Below, one piece after another: positions 37,623 through 50,634 of a stretch of 64,000 nt of DNA. Numbering within the stretch: the first letter of the stretch is position 1; each line of letters opens with the position of its first letter. The stretch comes from Octopus sinensis (lineage: Eukaryota), in assembly GCF_006345805.1 (NCBI RefSeq), contig NC_043008.1:22010001-22074000 (forward strand), read 5' to 3'. Below the pieces are notes generated by a model, which did no database searches, was not told the DNA's origin, and worked only from the letters and a program-made list of their open reading frames with translations. A program made the translations under genes and the position numbers.

Positions 37623-37672
<50 letters not shown>

Positions 37673-38084
37673 ATTATATAAGCAAGTGGACAAAATAAAG
37701 AAAGTGTAACTTAATACATTCGGTAGGAGTTACATTTATTGTTTAGTAACAGTTTGATTCAGCTACTCATGACTTAAGGTTTTGTGGGTATGTAGAGTCT
37801 TCTCTGAATGTCTGATGGGATGGGCCCATCATATGCACCCATATAGAGCTGAGTCAAATTGTTATTATGAAATATAAAGTGCTGCTTCAAAGGTTGATAA
37901 ATAATTTCTATGAATGACAATACAAAGAACACTAACATACAATGACATTCATACATAGATACATACATGCATATATACATATATGTACATACACACGTGG
38001 ACACACACACATATTATCACTGTTTAATGTGTTTTCCATGCTGGCATGGGCTAGAGATTTCAAAAGGATCTAATAAACCAGGGT

Positions 38085-38260
38085 GCTCTTTTTTTTTCCT
38101 CCAACCACATTTTCTTATTCTCTCTATTTTTGTTCTCTGATGAAGAACTAGCATCCAAAACGTCAAACCTCTTGCACTTATTCTAAAGTGTTAAACTAAT
38201 ACAACACTTGTTAAAATTTGTCCCTTTTGTGATGTCTTCTTTTGTTTTCTGATCATTGAT
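38085..38260 (+). mobile_element. decayed Penelope-like terminal relic with a degenerate hammerhead core
   Basis: CTGATGAAGAACTAGCATCCAAAACGTCAAAC at about 38137-38168. Confidence 0.4.
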
Positions 38261-38270
38261 TTACAATATA

Positions 38271-38569
38271 TCTTTATATATAAAAGTGAGGTTGTGTGTC
38301 TGTCTCCTACGATTTAGATTCCTAACTACTCCCACATTTTGCAGTGCAGTTTAACCAAAAGCAGGTATCTTATAGTCGTGATTCATATCGAGCACTTCTG
38401 GGTATCAGCGCGCGTCTACGATGAGTCTACGATTTAAAAAAAAATTTACCATCAATTTTTCCCATTTTTAATGCAATTTTTTGCTATTATATAAGGGAAG
38501 TAACTCTCTAAAAATGTTTATATAGTTATTTCCCTTACAAACCCGAGCAACGCCGGGCGATACTGCTAG
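38271..38569 (+). mobile_element. complete 299-bp non-autonomous Helitron
   Basis: A|TC start, subterminal hairpin CCCGAGCAACGCCGGG (38542-38557), CTAG|T end, no TSD. Confidence 0.9.
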
Positions 38570-38600
38570 TATATATATATATATACAACTTTGATTGTAG

Positions 38601-39043
38601 AGCGACCTACATTGGGGATTCTAAGGTGACCTGCTGTGCATGAGGAGACCTATTGAGTCAAGTACATCAACATCAAAATAAAAATCAAATGGAAATTGTA
38701 GTTGTGATATCCATGCCGGTGGCACATAAAAAACACCATCTGAATGTGGCCAATGCTAGTGCCACCTTGAGTGGCATGCATGCCAACGGCATGTAAAAAG
38801 CACCAAGCGATCATAGACGTTGCCAGTCTCTTCTGGCTCCTGTGCCACTGGCACGTAAAAAGCACCCACTACATTCATGGAGTGGTTAGTATTAGGAAGG
38901 GCATCCAGCTGTAGAAACACTGCCAGATCAGATTGGAGCCTGATGCAGCTCCTGGCTTCCCAGACCCCGGTCGAACCGTCCAACCCATGCTAGCATGGAA
39001 AACTGATGTTAAACGATGATGATGATTGATGATGATGATGACT
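38601..39043 (+). mobile_element. RTE LINE 3' end, same subfamily as 3383-3883
   Basis: Shares AAATCAAATG(G)AAATTGTAGTTGTGATA and the terminal block with (GAT)n. Confidence 0.8.
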
Positions 39044-39054
39044 GTGTATATATA

Positions 39055-39085
<31 letters not shown>

Positions 39086-39086
<1 letters not shown>

Positions 39087-39425
39087 GCGCATGGCTCAGT
39101 GGTTAGAGCGTCGAGCTTACGATCGTGAGGTTCTGAGCTCGAATCCCGGACCGGGCTGTGTGTTGTGTTCTTGAGCAAGGCACTTCATTTCACGTTGCTC
39201 CAGTTCACTCAGCTGTAGAAATGAGTTGCGACGTCACTGGTGCCAAGCTGTATCGGCCTTTGTCTTTCCCTTGGATAACACTGGTGGTGTGGAGAGGGGA
39301 GGCTGCTATGCATAGGCGACTGCTGGTCTTCCATAAAACAACCTTGCCTGGACTTGTGTCTAGGAGGGTAACTTTCTAGGTGCAATCCCATGGTCATTCA
39401 TGACCGAAGGGGGTTTTTACCCTTT
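39086..39425 (+). mobile_element. SINE family E, full length with tail Z
   Basis: A-box TGGCTCAGTGG, B-box GCTCGAATCC. Homologous over its full length to 57105-57447 (-), and over the 5' part to 50059-50240. Confidence 0.85.
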
Positions 39426-39445
39426 ATATATATATAAATATAAAT

Positions 39446-39669
39446 GGGCGGCAAGCTGGCAGAAACGTTAGCACGCTGGGCGAAATGCGTAGCCGTATTT
39501 CATCTGCTGCTACGTTCTGGGTTCAAATCCCGCCAAGGTTGACTTTGCCTTTCATCCTTTCAGAGTCGATAAATTAAGTACCAGTTCTGCACTGGGGGCG
39601 ATGTAATCGACTTAATCCGTTTGTCTGTCCTTGTTTGTCCCCTCTGTGTTTAGCCCCTTGTGGGTAGTA
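39446..39669 (+). mobile_element. SINE-A monomer (tail 1)
   Basis: Full-length match. Confidence 0.9.
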
Positions 39670-40189
39670 TATATACATATAAGTAGCTGCACTATGGCTC
39701 TGCCAAGTAGGAACAACATGCATGGGTTTGAACACCACTGTCTATGCACAGGCTGAATGCAGTATTGTATTTCCTTCTAATCCCTCTTGAAAAAGAATTC
39801 CTTGCAGGTTATTTGTTATCCGTGACCTTGGTTCAACTCTTAAGCTATTTTCAAAGTGAAAAGGCACGCCATAACTATCAGCTCAGCTTTCTTAACATTA
39901 CTGAATATGTTATGCAGCAATAACTGACCGTTATATGACCCTGGTAGGTCAAGTAGGCATTTATCATTTTGGCATGACATTCTCAAAGGTGGTCAACTTC
40001 AAACATGTATGGACAGACTACATGAACAATGTGTGAGTGCATGCACACGCATACACTCACATCTACACATGCATATACACACTCACACACATACACACAC
40101 ATAAATTTGCACATATATACACCGGCATACAAATACACATGCTTATATATATGTATACTTATACACATAAATATATATATATATATATA

Positions 40190-40470
40190 TCATTATCATC
40201 ATCATCATCATCATTGTTTAACGTCCGTTTTCCATGCTAGTATGGGTTGGATGGTTCAACTAGGATCTGGGAATCCAGGAGGCTGCACCAGACACCAGTC
40301 TGATTCTGGCAGTGTTTCTACAGCTGGATGCCCTTCCGAATGCCAACTACTCCATGAGTGTAATGTAATGGGTGCTTTTTATGTGCCACTGGCACAGGGG
40401 CCAGAGGAGGCTGGCAATGTCCACGATCGGTCGGTGCTTTTTACGTACAACTGGCACATACGCCAGTCAT
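40190..40470 (-). mobile_element. RTE LINE 3' end
   Basis: Conserved terminal block with (CAT)n. Confidence 0.85.
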
Positions 40471-40472
40471 AC

Positions 40473-40503
<31 letters not shown>

Positions 40504-40601
40504 AACACACGCATAGACAGAAAATTTATACTAATGGCTATCATAATAAATACTCTTACACATTTATTGCTAATCTCCATATACATGTACATACATATAT
40601 A

Positions 40602-40694
<93 letters not shown>

Positions 40695-40747
40695 TATATA
40701 TATTTATATATATATGTAAGTAATGTAAGTATATATATATATATATA

Positions 40748-40858
40748 TTGGCCTGCTCGCTTAGCCAGCGGGGTGGCGTCATTTGAAGGCTAAAACAATG
40801 CGAACGCATTGTGACCAGCGATGTGTAACTACATCTGATGGACTGGTCGGTCACGTGA
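40748..40858 (+). mobile_element. isolated SINE-D tail X
   Basis: TTGGCCTGCTCGCTTAGCCAGCGG...GCATTGTGACCAGCGATGTG matches 18578-18685. Confidence 0.8.
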
Positions 40859-40914
40859 TATATATATATATCTATATATACATATGCACACACATACATA
40901 CATATACATATACA

Positions 40915-41112
40915 TGTAACCACATGTGAATCATTGGCAGTTTTCTTCCTCCATCTTCCTTTCTATTGGGCTTTCCTCTGTTTCTGAAGAAGAACATTGC
41001 TCGAAACATTAAACCATCTTTCTTTCCTTCCCTGAGCATCTGCTAATACTTTACATGTGCCACGTCCTCGCGCTGTTGCATTTTTGTGTTTGTTGTTCTT
41101 TCTTTGGATTTA
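40915..41112 (+). mobile_element. Penelope-like terminal relic with a decayed hammerhead motif
   Basis: GTTT-CTGAAGA-A-GAAC-ATT-GCTC-GAAAC-ATT-AAAC at 40980-41014. Downstream CCACGTCCTCGC is shared with 2707-2913. Confidence 0.55.
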
Positions 41113-41149
41113 CTATTTTACATATATATAATATATATATATATGCATA

Positions 41150-41222
<73 letters not shown>

Positions 41223-41777
41223 ACACATATATATATATACATTTATATATATGTATATATATATATGTATATACATCTATATGTATATGCACACACACAT
41301 ATACATACATATATATCATTGTCATCGAATGCATGTATATACATGTGTGTGTGCCCTGTTACCCTGTCTCTATTAGGTTAATTAACAACTAATAGAAGAT
41401 AATTATGACTACACTTACTCAGCTTTCTCTCGATAGCAAATTCACAGTGAATCCTTCCTCATTGTACGTGTTTAAGGTTGACGTGTACTGTTAGTTGTGT
41501 ACTCTGTAGCTTTTGGCATCCCACCAATAAACTACCATTGGCTGCAGGCTTCAGAGAGTTTAATCATAATTTTGAGTGGGGGTGGATGGACTCTGTAGAT
41601 TAATAGAATTAATGCATTACGTTGTGGTTGTGGTTGTGGTGGTGATGGTGCTGGTGATGGTACTGATGATTATGGTAATGCCAATGGTGATGGTGGTGAA
41701 GCCAATGATGGCGGGGGTGGGGTGATAGTGATGAGGATCGCTGTCATCATCATCACCAGTCATCATAATCATCATAA

Positions 41778-42066
41778 TGAGAAGAGGAGGAGGAGGAGGA
41801 AGAGGAGAAGGAGAAGGAGGAGGAAGGGGAAGAGAGGAGGAGGAAGGAGAAGAGAGGGGGAAGGGAAGAGAGGAAGAAGAGGGGAAGAAAAAAGAGGAGG
41901 GAAAGAGAGGAGGGAAAGAGGATAAGAAAAAAGAGGAAGGGAAGAGAGGAGGAGGAAGGAGAAGAAAGGAAAAGGAGGGAAGAGGGGAAGAGGGGCTGGG
42001 AAAAGAGGAGGAGAAGGAGGAAGGGAAAGAAAGGAGGAGGAAGAGGAAGGAAAGAGAGGAGGAACA
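41778..42066. repeat. ~290-bp GA-rich polypurine tract
   Basis: GAGGAG/GGAAGA/GGGGAA repeats with almost no pyrimidines on the + strand. Confidence 0.9.
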
Positions 42067-42796
42067 GGTGGAGGTGGAGTGTAAGAATGTAGTGGGGAAA
42101 ATCTGTAGGTTTGGATTGACAAGAAAGAGAGAAAATGGTAAGTGCTAACATTCCTGCCTTTTCTGTTTTTTAACAGAAGAATTAACCCTCAAAATCATAG
42201 ATTCTAAGGCAACGAACTGACAAAATCATTCCTGCACTGGGCAAAATGATTCGCAGGATTCCACCCTTCTCTACTTTCTGACTGTAAATTGAGCAGAAGA
42301 CTGCGGTCTTCAGTATTTTCTAGTTTATGGGGCTTGCTAATATGAATTAGGAATAAAATTTGGCCAGACATTGATAGATGAATAGAGGGACGAGAGGAGA
42401 GAAAGAAAGATTGAGAGAGAAGGGGGAAAGATAGAAATGTATTGACAGATGAAGAAATAGAAAAATATGAGATACATACATAAAAGAAATAAGAAGAAAA
42501 TTCAGAAGGAAGATATATGGATAGATGGCTACGTAAGTTGATACCAGATTTTGGCCCTTGGCCAGCAAATTTGCGAAGGGGATAGATCAATTACATCATC
42601 GTCCCTAGTGATCAACTGGTAACTATTTTATAAAACCCAAAAGAATGAAAGGTGGCATGAACCTCAGTGGAATTTGAACTCAGAATGTGAAGTCAGACGA
42701 AATGCTTTTAAGCATTTTGCCCAGCATACAAATAGTCCAGTCAATGTATGTGTGTGTGTGTGTGTGTGCGTGTGTGTGTATGAGTGTGTGTATGTA

Positions 42797-42845
<49 letters not shown>

Positions 42846-42848
<3 letters not shown>

Positions 42849-43010
42849 CGCAGGCATGGCTGTGTAGTAAGAAGCTTGCTTCTCAACCACATGGCTCTGG
42901 GTTCAGTCTCACTGTGTGGTACCTTGAGTAAGTGTTTTCTACTATAGCCTCGAACCAACCAAAGCCATCTGAGTGGATTTGGTAGACGGAAACTAAAAGA
43001 AGCCCTTTGT
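42846..43010 (+). mobile_element. SINE-B 5' half
   Basis: TAGGCGCAGGCATGGCTGTGTAGTAAG...AAAGAAGCCC, ending in (TA)n. Confidence 0.8.
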
Positions 43011-43024
43011 ATATATACCTATAT

Positions 43025-43057
<33 letters not shown>

Positions 43058-43069
43058 AGAGAGAGTGGT

Positions 43070-43453
43070 GGAGGTGCAATGGCCCAGCCGTTAGGGCAGC
43101 GGACTCGCGGTCCTAGGATCGTAGTTTCGATTCCCAGACTGGGCGTTGTGAGTGTTTATTGAGCGAAAACACCTAAAGCTCCACGAGGCTCCGGCAGGGA
43201 TGGTGGTGATCCCTGCTGTAATCTTTCACCACAACTTTCTCTCACTCTTACTTCCTGTTTCTGTTGTACCTGTATTTCAAAGGGCCGGCCTTGTCACTCT
43301 CTGTGTCATGCTGAATATCCCCGAGAACTACGTTAAGGGTACACGTGTCTGTGGAGTGCTCAGCCACTTACACGTTAATTTCACGAGCAGGCTGTTCCGT
43401 TGATGGGATCAACTGGAACCCTCATCGTTGTAACCGACGGAGTGCTTCCATAA
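43070..43453 (+). mobile_element. SINE family D with tail Y
   Basis: Head and body as in 18388, diverging after CTCTCACTCTT into tail Y. Confidence 0.85.
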
Positions 43454-43463
43454 TAAGAGAGAG

Positions 43464-43494
<31 letters not shown>

Positions 43495-44287
43495 CAGATA
43501 GATAGATAGATAGACAGATAGATAGATAGATAGATGGATGGATATAGTTCAAATTTACAGAAAACAAAAACAAAGGTAAACCAGCACGTGTACTAGTTTG
43601 ATACTCAAGAAAAATGAAAAAAGTCTTTGACATTTCAAGCCTATGCACTTTGACAGAAAGAATTGAGAGGAAAAGAAATGGAGAATGAACGGAAAATGCA
43701 GAGAGAGAAAAAAATGTGTAAGGATTAATGGTTCAACATGATGAAATGTATGATACATACATACATACATACATACATACATACGTACACACATGTGCAC
43801 ACATACACACACACACATGCACGCACCCTCTCACAAGACAATGATAAAAGAAATCCAGACAATTTTTTGAAAAGTGACATTTGTCCCCTTGGAGTGACCA
43901 GCTGAGTTTGCCATTTCTAAAAGCCAAGAATCATTTACTATTGAAAGACTGACCAGCTGCAAATATATCAACAAATTTTTTCTTCTTTCTCTCCTTCTTC
44001 CTTTCCTTCTCTTTTTCTTTAACATTCCTTTCAGATACAAACACACACACACACATGCACTCTCTCTCACTTTCTCCCCATTCCTCACCCTCTTATATCT
44101 TTCTCCACCCCTACACACTCAATGATACTATAAAAAGAGACAAAATTCCTACAAAAGTTCAATTTGACAACTCCACTAGAGTGGACAAAAGCGCTAATAT
44201 ATGATATATGATTTATAAAAACATGTAACATACTAATAAATATCTGTAAATATAAAACCATCCAAATTTCTGAGTACCTCATTTCCT

Positions 44288-44343
<56 letters not shown>

Positions 44344-45479
44344 CACACACCAGTACATCCTGTGGAGGAAAGTGTGTATCTGCCAATCTATCTATTTACC
44401 TCAATGTCTCTACAGATATATGCATATGCCTCTATTTTTCTGTGTATATGTGTACATGAATACATATATATGTGACGAAAAAGACCAGAAACCATAGAAA
44501 AATCTTATGATTAATGTAAAGCTATTTGATGATGGCAGAATTGTTTTTGAGTAATTTGCCTGTCATTCTTTCTCTCCATATATCTTTTTTTCCTTTTTTG
44601 TTTTGCTTTACATAATAACAAATCATGTCAAATTTATATTCTTAGTATCTGAAGAAATGTTTTGAATTTTTATAGAATGACAATTATTTTGCTAGGCAGC
44701 TATAGGAAATTATTGTTGTTCAGTTCGAAATATTTTAACAAATATTTTGATTTATTTTGACAAAAAATATTGAGAAAAAAAAATACTTAAGATGGAACAT
44801 TTATAAAAATGTATATCTATTTTTTTCTGGGAGACAAAGTTCACAACCATTGTTACCTTATTTGTAATTTGTTGATGTATTTATTTTCTAAAAGTCATAA
44901 GTATCTTGAAACTGCTGACCAAAGATCATTCTGGATTTTTTGAAAGAATGAAGATGCTGATAAAACCATCCTTTGAATTTATATTCGGTTAGCTCAATAT
45001 AATCTTTAGATGTTGAATTATCAACTATAAATAATTTTGCATAGTACAGTATCGATTTTTGAAAGACAGGAATTATTTCATTGGCAAGTTATTGGATGAA
45101 GTTCTGTTATATGAAGTGAAAGTATTAAATTTAGAAGTTTCTTGCAGAATTTTACTGTTGAAGTATGTTATTTCTGTTACAAAATTAAGTATGGAGCTAA
45201 AGCTTAATTTAATATCATCTCCGTTAAAACTATTGAAGTATCTAATAATTAAAAGAAATGAAATGTGACATTGAATGATATCATTTTAGGATTTCTACTT
45301 TTATCTTCCTGGAAATTACATTATCTTTATAACTTATCTTATCTTCCGTTATAATTAGAGATGTGTTGAAGGAAATATTCGTTAACCAAATACAAAATTT
45401 CTCACCAAACTATTACTTAATTTCGTTTCTTAAATGATGAGTGTTAATTCATTTCAAAATTTCAGAATATTTTTTATCT

Positions 45480-45855
45480 TTTACTTGGTTCTGTCATTAG
45501 ACTGTGACTATGTTGGGGTACCACCTTGAAGAATTTGTAGCCAAATTAATTTTTTAAAAGCCTGGTACTTATTCTATTGGTCTCTTTTGTCGATCTGCTA
45601 AGTTAGAGGATGTAAACACACTAATACCAATTGTCAAGTGGTGGTGAGGGATAAATACAGACACACACACATAGGTATAAACATATACAAAATGGGCTTC
45701 TTTCAATCTCCATCTACCAAATTTGCTTACAAGGCTTTGGTCAGTCCAGTGCTATAGCAGAAGGTAATTGCCCGACATGTCATGCTGTAGAATTTGAACC
45801 TGAGACCATATGGTTGGGAAGCAAAATTCTTACTACATAGCCATGCCTGCACCTC
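45480..45855 (-). mobile_element. decayed full-length SINE-B
   Basis: Degenerate tail-to-head match. Confidence 0.7.
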
Positions 45856-46494
45856 TATCTAATTTCATATCTATAATTACCATACATAAATCTTTTTAAA
45901 TTTGAATTTTTAGGCTTAAATCTTGAAATAAATTAAAGTTTTTTTCTTTTGATTTTTATCTGAAGCTTTTTAATGTTTGGGCACTCATATTCATAAAATG
46001 ATTAGGGTATCATATCAATAGAAACCACATTTAAGATTGAACCTATTGTTTAACAATTATAGAATATATAGGTCAAAAGAGCTCAGAAATTTCCATAAAA
46101 TCTCGGCTACCTATCACTATGTCAAACGAATTAACATAGTTTCTCTTTACTTATAAAGCACCACCAAAAGCAATTAATGAAATTCTTATGCGCATGATTA
46201 TTTCAATATTCGGATTATTGATCAAGATATAATTTACGGTGAAATCAAATGCTTTTTTGGAGCAAAGAATTGGTTATTGATTGGGAAAATTCAATGACAT
46301 CAAATTGGGTAAATTTATATACTTATTCATTGCTTGTACTACTGGACTAATTAATAACAGACATATTGGTACCCCAGAATGGCAAATAGATTTGTTTTGT
46401 TAAATCAAAGTATAATCATGACTAATATATTTTTACTCGTTATATCTCACTTTTGATTGAATTCATTAACTTACCATACCCTTCCTCCTCCTCC

Positions 46495-47600
46495 TCATCA
46501 TCATCATTTAACATCCGTTTTTCATGCTGGCATGGGTTGGACGATTTGACTGAAAACTGGTAGGCTGGGGGTGGGGTGGCTACACCAGGTTCTGATCTGA
46601 TTTGGCAAGGTTTCTATGGCTGGATACCCTTCCTAACGCCGACCACTCCCAGAGTGTAATGGGTGTTTTTTACATGCCACCGGCATGGGTACCATTGACC
46701 TAACACCAGCATCAACCACAACTATGGTCTCACTTGGCTTGACAGCATATTCTTTTCTACTCTAGGCACAAGGCCTGGATGCAACTGGTACTTAATTTAT
46801 CAACCCCGAAAGGATAAAAGGCAAATTCGAACTTGGCAGAATTTGAACTCAAAATGTAAAGACTGACGAAATACTTATTTCTTTACTGCCCACAAAGGTC
46901 TAAACAGAGAGGACAAACAAGGACAAACAAATGGATTAAGTCGATTATATCGACTCCAGTGCGTAACTGGTACTTAATTTATCAACCCTGAAAGGATGAA
47001 AGGCAAAGTCGACCTCGGCGGAATTTGAACTCAGAACGTAATAGCAGACGAAATACTGCCAAGCATTTCGCCCGGCGTGCTAATGTTTCTGCCAGCTCAC
47101 CACCTTACAAGCACAGTATATTGCTAAAGATTTTGGTCACCTGTCACTGCCCTCATATTCTTTTCTACTCTAGGCACAAGGCCCAAAATTTTGGGGGAGG
47201 GAGCCTGTCAATTGGATCGACCCCAGTACGCAGCTGGTACTTAATTTATCAACCCCGAAACAATGAGAGGCAAAGTCGACCTTGGCAGAATTTGAACTCA
47301 GAATGTAAAGACAGACGAAATACTGCTAAGCATTTCACCCGGCGTGCTAACGTTTCTGCCAGCTCACTGCCTTACAAGCACAGTATATTGCCAAAGGTTT
47401 TGGTCACAGTCACTGCCCTCATGAAGCCCAGCTTATGTTTCATCAGCAAGCACTGGCATCTGTCATGACTATAATTTCACTCAGTTCACCAGGTCATCAC
47501 AAGCAGAGCCTATCGCCCCACAATTGAAGGGTGCTTTTAATGGGTCAGTTACACGACACTGTTATCGACCACAGCAACAATCTCACTTGACTTGACATCA
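46495..47600 (-). mobile_element. RTE 3' end broken by a SINE-A dimer (46748-47103) and monomer (47156-47371), with a duplicated ~52-bp host segment
   Basis: TTACAAGCACAGTATATTGC...GTCACTGCCCTCAT at about 47105-47157 and again at about 47372-47421. Both SINE blocks start ATATTCTTTTCTACTCTAGGCACAAGGCC. Confidence 0.8.
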
Positions 47601-47765
47601 CTGCATGATGGAGTATTTGTAAAATTTTGCTTGTGGTCCTTAAATATAAAATAAGGTTTGTGAAAAATTAAACATTCAACTTTGTCATCTATACCCAACT
47701 CTGTGAATTAGTGTACTTTAGTATATTACAGTAAGTAATTATGGTAACTATTAGTTCCAGTTAAA

Positions 47766-48181
47766 AGGTAGCGAGCTGGCCGAAACGTTAGCACGCCAGG
47801 CGAAATGCGTAGCCGTATTTTGTCTGCCGTTACGTTCTGAGTTCAAATTCTGCTGAGGTCGACTTTGCCTTTCATCCTTTCGGAGTCGATAAATTAAGTA
47901 CCACTTACGCACTGGGGTCGATGTAATCAACTTAATCCGTTTGTCTGTCCTTGTTTGTCCCCTCTGTATTTAGCCCATTGTGGGTAGTAAAGAAATAGGT
48001 ATTTAGTCTGCCATTACGTTCTGATTTCAAATTCTGCTGAGGTTGACTTTGCCTTTCATCCTTTCGGGGTTGATAAATTAAGTACCAGTTATGCACTGGG
48101 GTCGATGTGATCGACTTAATCTGTTTGTCTGTCCTTGTTTGTCCCCTATGTGTTTAGCCCCTTGTGGGTAGTAAAGAAATA
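47766..48181 (+). mobile_element. SINE-A dimer (tail 1 + tail 1)
   Basis: TATGGTAACTATTAG is duplicated on both flanks. Junction GAAATAGGTATTTA at 47992-48005. Confidence 0.9.
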
Positions 48182-48554
48182 TATGGTAACTATTAGTTTT
48201 TAATAACTATGAGATAAGAAGCAATTGTAACTGCTATCATTAGTTTAATGTATTTATGTTTTCTGTGGCTTTACCCATTGAATTGATCCCATTCTGGTGA
48301 CAACCTTCGAGGTTTAACTATTCATAACCACCGTGGTATTTACTACAGTCTGAAACAATCTTAATAAATCATTAAATTATACTTTCTGACAAAACATGGG
48401 TCTTACACCACTAACCTTAAACAAGCCACAAATACAGATACACATGCACACACACACACACACACACACACGCACAAAGACTTATGTATCATTTCTTCAT
48501 ATATTTGTAATTTTACATATGTCTGGTTGATGGCTCAGTGGTTAGGGCATCAGG

Positions 48555-48695
48555 ATTCTTTCAGTTTCCATCTACCACTCATATGGATTTGGTCGGCCCG
48601 AGGCTATAGTAGAAAACACTTGCCCAAGGTGCCCTGCAGTGGGACTGAACCTGGAACCATGTGGTTGGTAAGCAAGCTACTTACCACAGAGCCAC
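48555..48695 (-). mobile_element. SINE-B 5' half
   Basis: TTCTTTCAGTTTCCATCTACC...CAAGCTACTTACCAC. Confidence 0.8.
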
Positions 48696-49229
48696 ATGGT
48701 TAAGAAGCAAATGATTTAACAACTCAGTCATACCCATACTTTTATAAACCAGTGTAAAATGGTGTAAACATAACTTAGCCATTCAAGAAACAGACACCAA
48801 TAAAATAAGTATTGGCTCTGCTCTTTGCCTCCAAGCCAAAAATGGATATCTTTTATGTTTGAAATATTCCATAGAAATCAATGCCCCAGCATGACCTCTG
48901 CCAAAAGCAGAAAACAGCAAAAGACAACAAATAAAAGAAGCATCTTGAATAGAACATCAAACTTGCTCAGTTTCTCTTGCCCATTTGTTTTGTTATTTTG
49001 TTTTTTTGTTTTTCTGAAAATTATTAATTATTATTGTTGCCTGTTTGGATTGAATGATGAGAAAGGGGTGGGGGGAAGTGTTGACCTTATAGATGACCTT
49101 CAGAAAAAAAAACATATATATGATCACAAAGAACATGAAATAAAAACTGTCATACAAAGTTATGGAATGGCTTAATGGAATGGATTCTTTTATTAGGCCT
49201 ACAGACTCTTAATGTATTCTATTAATGTT

Positions 49230-49515
49230 ACTACAATTATTATTAACATTATTATTATTAAAATTATTAATATTATTATTTTTTTTTGTTGCTACTGCTT
49301 TTGTAGTAGTTGTTGTTGTTATTATTATTATTATTATTATTTATTATTATTATTATTATTATTTATCAATATTATTTTTATTGTTGTTGCTAGAAACGAT
49401 TATTAAATTAGAAAGAATTAGAAAGGTTTATCATCATCTCTTTCATCATCATCATCATCATTGTCATCATCATCATCATCATCAACAACATCATCATCAT
49501 CATCATCAACAACAA

Positions 49516-49548
<33 letters not shown>

Positions 49549-49796
49549 TGTCATCATCATTACCAATGCATTGAGATGGCAGAATGGTTACCCCGTTGGA
49601 GAAAATGCTTAGTGGCACTTCCTTTGGCACTTAATGTTCTGAGTTCAAACACTAACAAGGTCAACTTTACCTTTCATCCTTTTATGGTCAATAAAATAAA
49701 GTATTAATGGAGCACTGGTTTCGACATAATCGATTTGCCCCTCCTCTCAAAATTGCTAGCCTTGCTCCACAAATTACAAAGAATTTGTTATAATTA

Positions 49797-49837
<41 letters not shown>

Positions 49838-49900
49838 TATTATTATTATCGTTGTTTTTGTTGTTGTTGTTGTTATTATAATTATTATTATGTGAATGGT
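49230..49900. repeat. (TAT)n/(CAT)n/(TGT)n fields with a decayed SINE-A (49575-49790)
   Basis: Trinucleotide arrays flanking a degenerate family A copy. Confidence 0.8.
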
Positions 49901-50058
49901 TGAAGGTGGTGGAATTGCAGTTATGGGGGACAAAATGTTTTGTGACCTTTATTCAGGGTTTATGTTCTGAATTCAAATTCTATTGAAATCAATTTTGCCT
50001 TTCATCATTAAATGGGAGGTCAGTGATATATGTGCCAGTTAAGCAGTGTTGTGAAGTC

Positions 50059-50382
50059 GCATGGCCCGGTGGTTAAAGCATCAGACTCACAATCATGAGG
50101 TAGTGAGTTTGGGTCCCAGATTGGGCTGTGTTGTGTTCATGAGCAAGACATTCTATTTCATGTTGCTCCAGTTGCAACATCACTGGTGCCCAAGCTGTAT
50201 CAACACATTTGACTTTCCCTTGGAAAATATTACTGTGATGTGAGGAGATTGCTTCCTAATCAGATGGTATCAGGTTTTAGTCCCACTGCAAGGCGCCTTG
50301 GGCAAGAGTCTTCTATTGTAGCCTCAAGCCAATCAGCGCCTTGTGAGGGAAGCCCATCATATGTGTGTGTGTGTGTGTGTGT

Positions 50383-50418
<36 letters not shown>

Positions 50419-50620
50419 TTGTGTCTGGGTTTCTCTCCCATCACAACTTGACAACCACTGTCAGTGCATTTACAGTCCTATAACGTAGCAGTTTAAGAAA
50501 AGAGACTGATAGAATAAGGCTTAAAAATAAAATTAAGTCCTGGGATCAATTCATTCAACTAAAAATTCTTTAAGGTAGTGCCCCAGCATGGCCGCAGTCT
50601 AATGACTGAAACAAGAAAAA
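50059..50620 (+). mobile_element. SINE-E 5' part (50059-50240) abutting a SINE-B (50240-50620)
   Basis: E head GCATGGCCCGGTGGTTAAAGC, then B body with internal (TG)n and B tail. Confidence 0.75.
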
Positions 50621-50634
50621 ATGTAATTTATATA

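Noticed and set aside
39725-39741. GGGTTTGAACACCACTG as a hAT right TIR
   Set aside because: No matching left TIR or TSD nearby.
41777-42151. Arg/Gly/Glu-rich and Leu/Phe/Ser-rich ORFs
   Set aside because: Translations of the polypurine tract.
42146-42205. Strong acceptor with CTAAC branch point (ttttctgttttttaacAG) followed by EELTLKIIDSK
   Set aside because: The frame runs into a SINE-A head and stops, with no GT donor. The upstream GTAAGT would give a ~39-nt intron.
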